64,000 nucleotides of DNA from NCBI GenBank assembly GCA_034439575.1, contig JAWXAQ010000008.1, positions 192,001 to 256,000 on the forward strand, read 5' to 3'. Source of the stretch: Leptospira sp. (lineage in GTDB: Bacteria > Spirochaetota > Leptospiria > Leptospirales > Leptospiraceae). Numbering within the stretch: the first letter of the stretch is position 1; each line of letters starts with the position of its first letter. Made by a program: the position numbers and the translations under genes. Below, piece after piece: positions 30,947-41,176 of this stretch. The notes under the pieces are model-generated. The model searched no databases and was not told the origin of the DNA. It saw nothing but the letters and a program-made list of their open reading frames with translations.

Positions 30947-31814
30947 GCAGAAGTTGTCTCCATTGCAAAAAATATTCTTTCACATCACGTTTTTCGAAAT
31001 TTCGTGTGAGTTTGGGTATCTGTGGCTTTGGGATATCTTCGTTCGGATATTTTAAAATAAAATAAATAATCGACTTTTTTAATTCAACTAACATCGATTC
31101 TGTAAAATTTAACGAAAGCGCATGTTCTTTATAGTGTATCCAAACTTCATCTGCTAATGGGGATTTGTCGGCATCTTCTTTTTCAGAAATAAAATCGGGC
31201 AATAAGGTAGGAATATGTTTTTTTAAAAGTTGGGAAACAGTATTTGCAGAACACAAATTTCCTTCCAGATGATCTGAAATCACTTTCCCAATATGAATTT
31301 GACTTAAATCAAAATAAATCGAAGCGGCTTCAAAAAAAGCAGAGGATTCCATATCAACGAGGCTAATGTTAGATGACTCAATAGGATTTAATTTTTTGAA
31401 AATTTGATTTTTTGGATCAGGATTTTTTGTCACCGGCTTATCAAATGTTGTGATAAAAGTCTCAGGAAAATCTGCGATTTTTTCCAGTCGATCCGGAAAG
31501 TATTCTCGTCCCGTGGAATCATCAATGATCTTATGAATCCAAAAAAAATCACCAATCAAGTATTCATTGTTAGCTGAACCACAAATCCCTAAATTCCAAA
31601 TTTGAAAATTTCTTTGATTGCATAAATTTTTAAATTTTTGGGCAAATTCCGTGACTGCCATTGCCATTGCGATTTTTCCAACTCCTGAAATGATGATGGA
31701 GTGGTTTTCTGAATGATAATAGCGAAAATGACCTTGTTTTTTTTCTGGTTTTGCCTCTAAAGCCTCAATCCAAGGTTTTGCTTCTGCGGGAAGCGCAAAA
31801 AATAGGGCAGACAT
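30939..31814 (-). CDS. Nucleoside phosphorylase / MTA-SAH nucleosidase-like protein
   Basis: SGVGK, NLGICG, VDMESSAF, KVISD. Confidence 0.8.
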   Translation of the reverse strand: MSALFFALPAEAKPWIEALEAKPEKKQGHFRYYHSENHSIIISGVGKIAMAMAVTEFAQKFKNLCNQRNFQIWNLGICGSANNEYLIGDFFWIHKIIDDSTGREYFPDRLEKIADFPETFITTFDKPVTKNPDPKNQIFKKLNPIESSNISLVDMESSAFFEAASIYFDLSQIHIGKVISDHLEGNLCSANTVSQLLKKHIPTLLPDFISEKEDADKSPLADEVWIHYKEHALSLNFTESMLVELKKSIIYFILKYPNEDIPKPQIPKLTRNFEKRDVKEYFLQWRQLLHV

Positions 31815-31841
31815 AGTCTAATGATTTGGATGGTACCTTTG

Positions 31842-32384
31842 ATGCAAAGAAAACTTTTGCTGGCATTTACTTTCTTATTTGTTATACCTATACTCTCAGG
31901 AGAAAAAAAAATGTCATTTCACAATTTGAATTCGCATACAATCCAAGGCAAAGAACAATCCCTTTCTGTTTATAAGGGAAAGGTGGCTCTGGTAGTCAAT
32001 GTAGCGTCTAAATGTGGTTATACTCCACAATATGAAGGTCTACAAAATTTATATAACTCCTATAAGGATAGAGGTTTTGTAATCATAGGATTTCCTTCTA
32101 ATGATTTTGGAGGCCAGGAACCTGGATCTGAAACGGAAATTGCCGATTTTTGTAAATTAAATTATGGTGTCACTTTTGATCTCAAAAAAAAAGTAAAAGT
32201 GTTAGGTGAAGACAAAGATCCCGTTTACAAATTCCTCACAGAAAATGCTTCAGATAAAGGTGAGGTGAAATGGAATTTTGAAAAATTTTTAATAGATAAG
32301 GATGGAAAGATCAGAGGAAGATTTGGTTCGGCGGTAAAACCAGAAAGTGAAGAATTAAAAAAGGCAATTGAAAGCCTACTATAA
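31842..32384 (+). CDS. Glutathione peroxidase
   Basis: VNVASKCGYTPQY, GFPSNDFGGQEPG, WNFEKFLI; start uncertain (31821, 31842 or 31911). Confidence 0.93.
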   Translation: MQRKLLLAFTFLFVIPILSGEKKMSFHNLNSHTIQGKEQSLSVYKGKVALVVNVASKCGYTPQYEGLQNLYNSYKDRGFVIIGFPSNDFGGQEPGSETEIADFCKLNYGVTFDLKKKVKVLGEDKDPVYKFLTENASDKGEVKWNFEKFLIDKDGKIRGRFGSAVKPESEELKKAIESLL

Positions 32385-33264
32385 GAATAAAATGATTCGT
32401 TATTTTTTCACCATTATTGTTTTCAGTTTAACCACCTTACTTAATGCAGATGAGAATTCCACTGATTTAAAAATTAAAATAATAAATACCAAAACAAATT
32501 CCATTGTGACATGGCAGGACCTCTTGAAAGAGATGGAAAATTTTGATGTTATGCTTTGGGGTGAAGAACATGATGATGGTATTGGTCACATTGCACAAAT
32601 TGAATTTTTTAAAAAATTTTCAGACAAGTTTCCTTCCGCTTTAAGTTTAGAAATGTTGGAAAAAGACCAACAAATGCTTGTTAATGAATATTCTTCGGGA
32701 TATATACCTGAAAAACAATTTTTAGAAGGGATAAGACTTTGGAAAAACTTCCAAACAGACTATTTGCCTTTGGTAAAAATTGCTAAAGAAAGTTATAGTC
32801 CTATCATTTGTGCCAATCCTCCAAGACGTTATGTGAACGCCATTGCCCGAAAAGGTATCATCGCTTATATGGATTTTGGGAATGAAGCACATTATTTTTT
32901 ACCCGAAGCATATACACTTGGACTTTACCAATCTGAGACTTATCTCGCCAAACTTCGTTCCATGTTTCAATCGAGTCATACCTCGGGGGCCAAAGGGATC
33001 CCAAGTCCTGAATCCATGATCCTTGCACAATATATGTGGGATCAGGGAATGGCGGAATCAGTTTCGAGAGAAAGTTTTCGATCTGGTCGGAAGATCCTTC
33101 ATATCAATGGTCGATTTCACAGTGATGAGGAAGGAGGGCTCACTTTTCGCTTAAGGAAGATGGGGCATAAAGTTTTAGTGGTTTCCGTATTTCCTGAGGG
33201 TAAGGAGGAGAATGCCAATTTTAGTAAAATAGCTGATTTTGTAATTTTAACAAACGGCCGATAA
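32368..33264 (+). CDS. ChaN family (haem-uptake/Tiki-like) protein
   Basis: WGEEHDD, LSLEMLE, AQYMWDQGMA, HINGRFHS; true start may be ATG 32392. Confidence 0.8.
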   Translation: MKAYYKNKMIRYFFTIIVFSLTTLLNADENSTDLKIKIINTKTNSIVTWQDLLKEMENFDVMLWGEEHDDGIGHIAQIEFFKKFSDKFPSALSLEMLEKDQQMLVNEYSSGYIPEKQFLEGIRLWKNFQTDYLPLVKIAKESYSPIICANPPRRYVNAIARKGIIAYMDFGNEAHYFLPEAYTLGLYQSETYLAKLRSMFQSSHTSGAKGIPSPESMILAQYMWDQGMAESVSRESFRSGRKILHINGRFHSDEEGGLTFRLRKMGHKVLVVSVFPEGKEENANFSKIADFVILTNGR

Positions 33265-33283
33265 TTATAATATCGGAATCTCT

Positions 33284-35890
33284 ATGACGGCAGAAACAAG
33301 TATACCTTCTCCAAAATACATATGCCCTCATTGCAAAAGGGCATCCCGTCTTCCGCAACCTTTACCTGAAACGGGTTTATTCCAACTAACGTGTGCACAT
33401 TGCAAAGAAAAGGTCGTCTTAAAATTTCAAAATTATAGATTTAATGTCGAACGAGTGATTCAATCTAATCTCCCGAAAGAATCAAATATATTTATATCGA
33501 CTAACGACATAATGGCGAAAAGTTCGAATTTCAAAAAGCCTTTCTTTGAGAAAAAAGTTGTCAGTGAACCAAATAAATTAAAAAGAACACTCACCGAATC
33601 TGAAAAATTAGCTAATAAGCCTAATTGGTTTTCCACAAGTAGTTCAAGTAAACAGAAACCAATTGCGAAAAGAAAATTCTCCCCAAATACATCTATATTA
33701 AAAATCGCCTTCACCACTACAGCCTTTGCTCTGTTTTTATTTATTATCGTATTTGCTTACTTCATTGCTGGGGTATATGAAATGAAAAAAGAAGTTCCAG
33801 GACTTCTAACTCAGCTAACAAAAAATATACCAACAAAAATATTAGATAGAAATGGAAGTGTAGTAAGCGAAATATTTCAAAAACGTACTTCCACATTACG
33901 TTTGCAAGATTATTCCGAAGATATGGTTTCGATTTTATTAAATATTGAGGACCAAAAGTTTTTTTATCACTCAGGCGTGGACTATATGGCGATCCTAAGA
34001 GCTTTTGGAAAAAATATTGTTAATTTTAGTTATAAACAAGGTGCATCGACAATCACACAGCAGTTAGCAAGAATTATTATTGATGATAGACGCAAGAGTA
34101 TAACGAGAAAAATACGAGAGGCGCAACTTGCTTTTGCCTTGGAAGCAACTCTTTCTAAAGAAGAAATTTTAGAAACTTATATGAATCATGTTTACTTGGG
34201 CCATGGTGCTTTTGGATTTGGTGAAGGTATTAAATTCTATTTTCATAAAAATCCTCAAGAACTCTCTCGAGAAGAAATATTGTTACTAGCTTCTCTTCCT
34301 TCTGCACCTAACAAATATTCTCCATTAAAAAATCCAGAAGATTCTTATAAGAGAGTCCGTGCGATATTAGCAATGTTTAGGAATAGGGGAATTTACCCTG
34401 GTTTACAAAAAGAAAAATTCATTTCCCTGTATCATCAATTTTCCACTAGATCACCTAACGAAACTGTGTTTGGTGTTCGTCAGGATATAGCACCTTATGT
34501 AACAGAACATATACGCGCGATACTCTCTAGCTTAGAAGTAGATAAAAATATTTATGAGAGTGGAGGATACGTCGTAGAAACTACTTTAGATCGGAATATG
34601 CAAGAAATGGTAGGACCTATGGTTCGCTCGCATCTTTCCAAAGCGGTTAAATCGGGAAAAATTCAAAGAAAACTCATTCGGAAGTTACCAGATTCACCAG
34701 AAGCCAAAGCTATCAAACAATTGTTCAGTGATACGATGATCGCAAATGAGATGTTATGGGAAGCCGACTTTGATGAGAATGAAAAAGAGAATGGTATTCA
34801 AGCGGCTGTTGTTTGCATAGAACCGAATACTGGTGAAATTTTATTTTTACATGGTGGCGAAGAATTTAATAGTAAAAATCAGTTCAATCGTGCGATTCAA
34901 ATGCGAAGACAAACGGGTAGTTCCATTAAGGCCGTGTTATATGCATCTGCTATAGATGCTGGTGCGATTCAGGCTGGAACCAAAATTTTAGATGCTCCCC
35001 TTTATTATCGTGGTGGTGGTGGCAAAGAATGGTCTCCTGATAATTTGGGTGGAACTTACGATGGAGAAATTTCATTACGAACGGCACTTATAAAATCAAA
35101 AAATACAGCCGCTGTGCAGGTTGCCGAAAAACTTGGATTTGGTGGTATTGAATCATATTTTACAAAATTCTTTTTTCCGGATAGCAGTGAAAAGAAAGCT
35201 CGTTTCCGAGGTGATTTATCCTTAGCCCTCGGAACACTTGAAATATCACCTATTGAAATGGCTTCGGCTTTTACTGCCTTTATGAACCAAGGAACTATCA
35301 AACGTCCATATCTCATCAAAAAAATTACAAATTCTAGGGGAGTCGTCATATATAAGTTAAATGAAATAGATGAATTTAGGTTAAAACTTCCAAGTGAAAG
35401 GCAAGTCATAAGGCCTGACACTGCAGAGGTGATGACGTCCTTACTAAGAGATAGTGGTCGAGCGAGTGGAGTACGTAACGGCGGATATACGGGCGAGGTC
35501 GTTGGGAAAACTGGAACAACAAATGATTATAAAGATGCTTGGTTTGTTGGCGTTCGCCCTGAATTGTCACTAGCTGTTTGGATCGGTTATGACAATCCAA
35601 AATTTGGGATGGGAAGTGGTGGACTTGGCGGGGCACTAGCGGCCCCACTATGGGGTGAGATCGTAGAAAATATAGATAAAAATCAATTGGTTGTTAAACG
35701 AAAATTTCCCACACCTACACATAGCAAGATGTTTAAAATTTGCCCAATTTCCGGAAAAGAGGCGGGACTACATTGCCCGCATCCAATCAGTGAACTTTAT
35801 TTATCCGACTATCCACCGCAAGGAATTTGTGCAGAAGATCATAAACTTCCAAATTTAGATAACAGAGAATTGATGAAGAATCTATTTTAA
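33284..35890 (+). CDS. Class A penicillin-binding protein (PBP1A family) with N-terminal zinc ribbon
   Basis: TG motifs EDQKFFYH and GASTITQQLAR; TP motifs SSIK, SKN, KTG. Confidence 0.93.
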   Translation: MTAETSIPSPKYICPHCKRASRLPQPLPETGLFQLTCAHCKEKVVLKFQNYRFNVERVIQSNLPKESNIFISTNDIMAKSSNFKKPFFEKKVVSEPNKLKRTLTESEKLANKPNWFSTSSSSKQKPIAKRKFSPNTSILKIAFTTTAFALFLFIIVFAYFIAGVYEMKKEVPGLLTQLTKNIPTKILDRNGSVVSEIFQKRTSTLRLQDYSEDMVSILLNIEDQKFFYHSGVDYMAILRAFGKNIVNFSYKQGASTITQQLARIIIDDRRKSITRKIREAQLAFALEATLSKEEILETYMNHVYLGHGAFGFGEGIKFYFHKNPQELSREEILLLASLPSAPNKYSPLKNPEDSYKRVRAILAMFRNRGIYPGLQKEKFISLYHQFSTRSPNETVFGVRQDIAPYVTEHIRAILSSLEVDKNIYESGGYVVETTLDRNMQEMVGPMVRSHLSKAVKSGKIQRKLIRKLPDSPEAKAIKQLFSDTMIANEMLWEADFDENEKENGIQAAVVCIEPNTGEILFLHGGEEFNSKNQFNRAIQMRRQTGSSIKAVLYASAIDAGAIQAGTKILDAPLYYRGGGGKEWSPDNLGGTYDGEISLRTALIKSKNTAAVQVAEKLGFGGIESYFTKFFFPDSSEKKARFRGDLSLALGTLEISPIEMASAFTAFMNQGTIKRPYLIKKITNSRGVVIYKLNEIDEFRLKLPSERQVIRPDTAEVMTSLLRDSGRASGVRNGGYTGEVVGKTGTTNDYKDAWFVGVRPELSLAVWIGYDNPKFGMGSGGLGGALAAPLWGEIVENIDKNQLVVKRKFPTPTHSKMFKICPISGKEAGLHCPHPISELYLSDYPPQGICAEDHKLPNLDNRELMKNLF

Positions 35891-36855
35891 TGAAAACTTA
35901 TACATATATATTAATATTTCTATCTTTATCATTTCTGAATTTTTCTTTGGGGGCAGATACAAATAAATACAAACAAGCATATGAAATGGAATCTAAGAGC
36001 ACACTTTTTGCAATTCCTCTCTATGAACAATCAATACAATCATCAAACTCAAAATCCTTACAAAAGGCGGCTGTGACAAGATTATTTTATCTTTATAAAA
36101 AACATAACAAGGTCATTGAAGCCTTGTTACTTGGAACGCGTTATTCATCCATTGTTTCTTCGAAAGATAAATCCGGAATATGGAAATCTGTTTCAGAAAT
36201 TTATAAACCTTTAACTTATACACAACTTACGAATGCATACACTGTAGCCATTCGAACAAATTCAGAAAATTACCTTGAGTTAATCAATATCATAAGAGAG
36301 TCCAAGGAACCAAAATTATTTGAATTTGTTTTTATTATTCTATATAAACGAAAACAATTTGAGCTCCTGAACCAAATTTTTAACGAAGACCATTCTATTT
36401 CTAGTTCACCATTATACCAAGGAATCATCTCAATCAAGTTAAATGCTGAAAAAGGAAAAGAATATTTAAATTCCATTGGACATGAAATGGAAAAAGATGA
36501 CGCTACCTCTTCGGATTTGTTATATCTTATGGGTCAATACTATCGTGCCTTAGGTGACTTTGCCATGTCTGCTCGTTACTTTAGAATGAGTTCATCATAT
36601 CATTGGCAAGAAAGGGGTAAAATCGAATCGGCAAAATCTTTAGTTTTAGATGGAAATTTTGGGGAAGTTTGCCAAACATTTAATTTTTCATCCTCACCTA
36701 ATGAAGAAGTTTCACAAATATTTTATTTAATTTGTAACAAAAAAGATAAAACATTTTTACGTGAAATTAAACCCAGCATTAAAGCATTAGGTGCGAAAGA
36801 TGGTGGAGAATTTTTCCAGAAAGTAAGCATTGCCCTTGAAAAGTGGGAAGGGTGA
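35890..36855 (+). CDS. Secreted helical/TPR-like hypothetical protein
   Basis: Signal peptide; TPR-like LLYLMGQYYRALGDFAMSARYF. Confidence 0.7.
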   Translation: MKTYTYILIFLSLSFLNFSLGADTNKYKQAYEMESKSTLFAIPLYEQSIQSSNSKSLQKAAVTRLFYLYKKHNKVIEALLLGTRYSSIVSSKDKSGIWKSVSEIYKPLTYTQLTNAYTVAIRTNSENYLELINIIRESKEPKLFEFVFIILYKRKQFELLNQIFNEDHSISSSPLYQGIISIKLNAEKGKEYLNSIGHEMEKDDATSSDLLYLMGQYYRALGDFAMSARYFRMSSSYHWQERGKIESAKSLVLDGNFGEVCQTFNFSSSPNEEVSQIFYLICNKKDKTFLREIKPSIKALGAKDGGEFFQKVSIALEKWEG

Positions 36856-36861
36856 CAAAAT

Positions 36862-37314
36862 ATGAAATTATTTAAAATCTCATTAATCTATTTATTGTTT
36901 ATCGGATCCACTTTTTCCGAAACAAAACTATTATCTTTAGTCGAAGCGGATAGAGTTCTGACTTTTTCTGAGAATGTAACAGATGATTTGTTCCTATGTC
37001 AAATGGAACCAAAAAAGAAATTTGGAAAAAATCCAGCTATCAATACGGAATGTTTTTCCTTGAAGGAAGAATCTTTAAAGAATGTTTTGGCTACGATCCT
37101 ACAGGTAGAAAAATCCGAAGAATTTATGTTAGGTTTTTATTCTCCCGATGGAAAACAATTGTTTCCTTCTTGGGAAGAAAATACCCATTTATATAGTTTG
37201 GTTTCCTTTGTCGTACGTCCAAATTCCAATTTATTTGTACAAGCACTTAAAAAAGAAAATAAGGCCTACTATTTTTGGCGAACAAAAAGTGCAGATTGGA
37301 ATTTATTTAAATAA
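36862..37314 (+). CDS. Secreted hypothetical protein
   Basis: Signal peptide; operon spacing. Confidence 0.65.
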   Translation: MKLFKISLIYLLFIGSTFSETKLLSLVEADRVLTFSENVTDDLFLCQMEPKKKFGKNPAINTECFSLKEESLKNVLATILQVEKSEEFMLGFYSPDGKQLFPSWEENTHLYSLVSFVVRPNSNLFVQALKKENKAYYFWRTKSADWNLFK

Positions 37315-37355
37315 AAATATCGACGGAACCTTTGTTATTTTTATAGAATTGCCAA

Positions 37356-37784
37356 ATGCCCACTCTAACATTTAAAAAACCGAAAACGAATCCTATACAA
37401 ACGGATATTGATGTTACTAATTTTTTATCTTCCCACAAACATCCTTTGAAGGCAGTAATCGAAGAAATTCGCGATTTGATATTAAAAACTGATAAATCAA
37501 TTACTGAACATATTAAATGGAATGCGCCAAGCTTTTGTTATTTGGGTGACGATAGGATCACATTTCGATTGGATAAATCTGAGAATATTCAGCTTATTTT
37601 CCATACGGGTGCAAAAGGTAAGGATACCAAAACAAATCAGTATTTATTTGAAGATGAAACTAGATTGTTGGTTTGGTTGGCCGATAAAAGAGCCGTTGTT
37701 ACTTTTGTAAGTTTTGAAGATTATATGAAGAAAAAAACTAAATTCAAAAAAATAGTAAAGCGTTGGTTAGCTGAGACAATGTAG
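37356..37784 (+). CDS. DUF1801 domain protein
   Basis: ITEHIKWNAPSF, LIFHTGAK. Confidence 0.85.
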   Translation: MPTLTFKKPKTNPIQTDIDVTNFLSSHKHPLKAVIEEIRDLILKTDKSITEHIKWNAPSFCYLGDDRITFRLDKSENIQLIFHTGAKGKDTKTNQYLFEDETRLLVWLADKRAVVTFVSFEDYMKKKTKFKKIVKRWLAETM

Positions 37785-37787
37785 GAA

Positions 37788-38249
37788 TTGAGAATGAAAA
37801 AATTAAATTTAAATATCCATATAAATGCTGGCTTAGAAAAAGTTTGGAATACGATCATCGGAGATAAAACTTATAGAGAATGGTCTGCTTCATTTTCTGC
37901 TGGATCATATTTTAAAGGGGATTGGACTAAAGGTTCTAAAATTCTTTTTTTGGGTCCAGATCCTAACACAGGTGAAGAGGGAGGTATGTTGAGTGAGATA
38001 GCAGATAATATTTTGTATAAATATATTTCCATCAAACATAATGGAGTGATCCATAATAACATTGAAGATACAACAAGTGAAGAAGTTAAAAAATGGGCTC
38101 CGAGTTATGAGAATTATTCTTTTGCAGAAAAAGACGGCGGAACTTTATTCACCCTAGATATGGATGCTATGGATGAATATTATGATTATTTTTTAGAAGC
38201 TTGGCCAAAAGCATTAGAGAAAATAAAAGAAATCGCAGAAAGAGGATAA
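37788..38249 (+). CDS. SRPBCC/AHA1-like protein
   Basis: INAGLEKVWNTI, GDWTKGSKILF, WPKALEKIKEIAE. Confidence 0.85.
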   Translation: MRMKKLNLNIHINAGLEKVWNTIIGDKTYREWSASFSAGSYFKGDWTKGSKILFLGPDPNTGEEGGMLSEIADNILYKYISIKHNGVIHNNIEDTTSEEVKKWAPSYENYSFAEKDGGTLFTLDMDAMDEYYDYFLEAWPKALEKIKEIAERG

Positions 38250-38298
38250 AAGTTATCTGGATTTGAAATGTAAATTTATCTTAATGTAATGGATCATT

Positions 38299-39321
38299 TC
38301 ATTTGATCACTTCGATGTCTCTAACTTCTGGCTTGAGGAAGAAGAACTTGAGCGAAAACTTTTCTCCAAGTTTGAATTCATTTATGCCACAGGAAATAGA
38401 TTTAACATTTGTTTCAGTTCGACAAAGGGATACCTCATCTTTCAGTTCTATCCAATCAGAAGATTCGGTTCGCGATTCGGGTTTAAAGTAGATATTACTC
38501 TCCGTTAGTTGTTCTCGACTAGAATTTTGTGTCCGAAAGTAGGTAGGCAATGATGCCATATCATATCGTACATTGGGCTGATTCACTTCAAAGTGTAAAT
38601 GCGGGCCTTGTGAATAACCAGTATTTCCTGAATAACCAAGAAGTTGGCTTACCGAAATCTTATCTCCTAACTTCACCACTACGCCATTGAAATCTAGATG
38701 AACATAATTGCCAATTGTGCCATCATCATGAAGTATTGATACAAGATTTGCCTTCGATGCTAGATCTTGTCTTGTTCCACCTTCAGTATAACGATCTTCA
38801 ATGGCAACCACATAACCTTCTCTTGCTGCAAGTACCGGAGTTCTCATGGGAAGAGAAAAATCTAATGCATACGCCGACGAACCATGATGAGTAAAGTTAC
38901 CATTATATCCTTGTCCAATACGAAAACTTTTTCCGACTTCAAAGGGCAATTCATATATTACAGAATCATTATGCACAGCATTGACATCACCCAGTCTAGC
39001 TTTGTATGAATAAGAAAAATAACGATACGCGGACTTGTCTAATATCTTAAAAGAAACAAACGCTTGTTCCTCGGCTCCTCGAACAATCATAGAGTGAGGT
39101 AATTTTTCCGAAGATTCGTAATTTTTAATCTCTGCCAAAAATTGGATAGAGTTCTTTGACCAAGGTCTTCCGTCGAGATTACGAACTCTAAATTCCTTAC
39201 CATCATCCGTCGCAATTGAAATAAGACAAATCGCCTTTGACCTACAATCCTCTTTTCGCGTTTCTGCAAATAAAGCTGTAGTCAGACAAATTAAGAATAA
39301 TATAAGAAAATTCTGTTTCAT
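38299..39321 (-). CDS. Secreted M23 family metallopeptidase
   Basis: HHGSSAYALD, GYSGNTGYSQGPHLHFEV; signal peptide; RBS GGAG. Confidence 0.9.
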   Translation of the reverse strand: MKQNFLILFLICLTTALFAETRKEDCRSKAICLISIATDDGKEFRVRNLDGRPWSKNSIQFLAEIKNYESSEKLPHSMIVRGAEEQAFVSFKILDKSAYRYFSYSYKARLGDVNAVHNDSVIYELPFEVGKSFRIGQGYNGNFTHHGSSAYALDFSLPMRTPVLAAREGYVVAIEDRYTEGGTRQDLASKANLVSILHDDGTIGNYVHLDFNGVVVKLGDKISVSQLLGYSGNTGYSQGPHLHFEVNQPNVRYDMASLPTYFRTQNSSREQLTESNIYFKPESRTESSDWIELKDEVSLCRTETNVKSISCGINEFKLGEKFSLKFFFLKPEVRDIEVIK

Positions 39322-39405
39322 GGCTTTTGTCTCCTTGGTCTAAATAAGTTATCTTATTCTATTCAATCGACAAAAAGTGAAATTTATTGAATGATTAGTG
39401 CAGAG

Positions 39406-39525
39406 GCAAACCTTGTTCCCATCTCGGGGCTGTCTCACCTCCGTGTTCGAATGCCCCCGCTTCGCCGTCCTGGCTTCGCTACCGATGGAAACAAGGTTTG
39501 CTAGTCCGGGGAAAGATCGAATAAC
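39406..39525 (+). repeat. Family-A 96-bp palindromic element, copy A1 (39406-39501) with GAAAGATCGAATA tail
   Basis: Terminal IR GCAAACCTTGTTCCCATC...GATGGAAACAAGGTTTGC. Confidence 0.9.
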
Positions 39526-39576
39526 AACATCTATATGTCGGTAAAAAAGTTTAGACATTTTGAATTGGGTAAGTAA

Positions 39577-39987
<411 letters not shown>

Positions 39988-39990
39988 TGT

Positions 39991-40145
39991 GCAAACCTTG
40001 TTCCCATCTCGGGGCTGTCGATTGCAAACCTCGTTCCCATCTCCCTTCCCTCTCACCTCCGTGCTCGAAGGAAGGACTACGACATCCATGTCTCCGTTAC
40101 CGATGGAAACAAGGTTTGCTTGGCCGGGGAGAAAGATCGAATAAC
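39991..40145 (+). repeat. Family-A elements: truncated copy (39991-40019) plus full copy A2 (40024-40119) and tail
   Basis: First 29 nt identical to A1, then restarts with GCAAACCTCGTTCCCATC...GATGGAAACAAGGTTTGC. Confidence 0.9.
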
Positions 40146-40167
40146 TATATCTTTACTATTAGCTAGG

Positions 40168-40303
40168 GCACCTCGGATGTGTTATATGGATCTACATTTA
40201 GTTCGATGACCCGATCCCGCTCTCCGCTTCAATCTTTCGCATAACTTTATAAAAGTTGGATTTGTTCACAAAGCGAAAGGATTTACGCTGTGATCGGTGG
40301 TGC
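40168..40303 (-). repeat. Family-B palindromic element, copy 2
   Basis: Reverse complement GCACCACCGATCACAGCGTAAATCCTTTCGC...GCGAAAGATTGAAGCGGAGAGCG...ATCCGAGGTGC. Confidence 0.8.
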
Positions 40304-40307
40304 AGTG

Positions 40308-40403
40308 GCAAACTTTGTTCCCATCTCCCTTCCCTCTCACCTCCGTGTTCGAAGGAAGGACTACGACATCCATGTCTCCGTTACCGATGGAAACAAGGTT
40401 TGC
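40308..40403 (+). repeat. Family-A element, copy A3
   Basis: Nearly identical to A2 (40024-40119). Confidence 0.9.
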
Positions 40404-41176
40404 AGAATATAATAAATGATTTAGCAACAGAATTAAAAGGACTAAATGTGTAGATTCTGAAAAGTTCTGCAAAAATTAGTTTATTAGAAAGGCAGATTAA
40501 GGATAGCAGTGCTCGTGATATTGGAATCATCATCCTAGGAACGGAACGTCTAAATCAGCATTCCGATTATGGTGAAAAAGTGATTGTTGTTTCTGATAAA
40601 AAAGTAAATCTACCGGCTGGGCATTTGGATTCCAATTTAGGGAAGTATGTCTATGTCCAAGACGGAGGCAATACTTGTCAGTCCTATACGCTCTTGGGTC
40701 AGATGGTACTAGAGGGAGTTAAATTTCGAGACAATATAGATGCAGGAAGAAAACTTATACACGAATTGACGAGACTGCAATACCAAATGGGAGAAACGGG
40801 AAATATGTCAACGAATACTATCAATGCATACAATAAAAGCCTTTCTGATTTTGGACCGAAGGCGACTAACATCATGGATAAGGAAAGTATCAAAACGACA
40901 GAAGATAAGCGTAATGCGATCAAAGAACAACTGCAAAAAGGCAAGATTGTGAATTCGGGAATGTTTTTGGATGCATCGCCTGCAGAACCAAAATATGATA
41001 AAGATGGTAAGAAATTAGAGCCTAACAAAGGTCATAGAGTAAATATTGTAGGGTTTGATGATGTGAAAGGAGAATGGATCGTAAACGATTCGAATAAAGA
41101 AGGAGAACTCACACGCTATCCGTATGGCGATTATGAGCTTATGAATCGGTGGTCTACTGTCTTGGAGAAAAAGTAA
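40404..41176 (+). pseudogene. 5'-truncated gene ending in a papain-fold (C39-like) cysteine protease domain; orphan toxin-like C-terminus
   Basis: QDGGNTC...GHRVNIVGFD...WIVNDS Cys-His-Asp pattern; frame continues upstream of GTG 40580 with one stop (40451) up to element A3. Confidence 0.65.
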
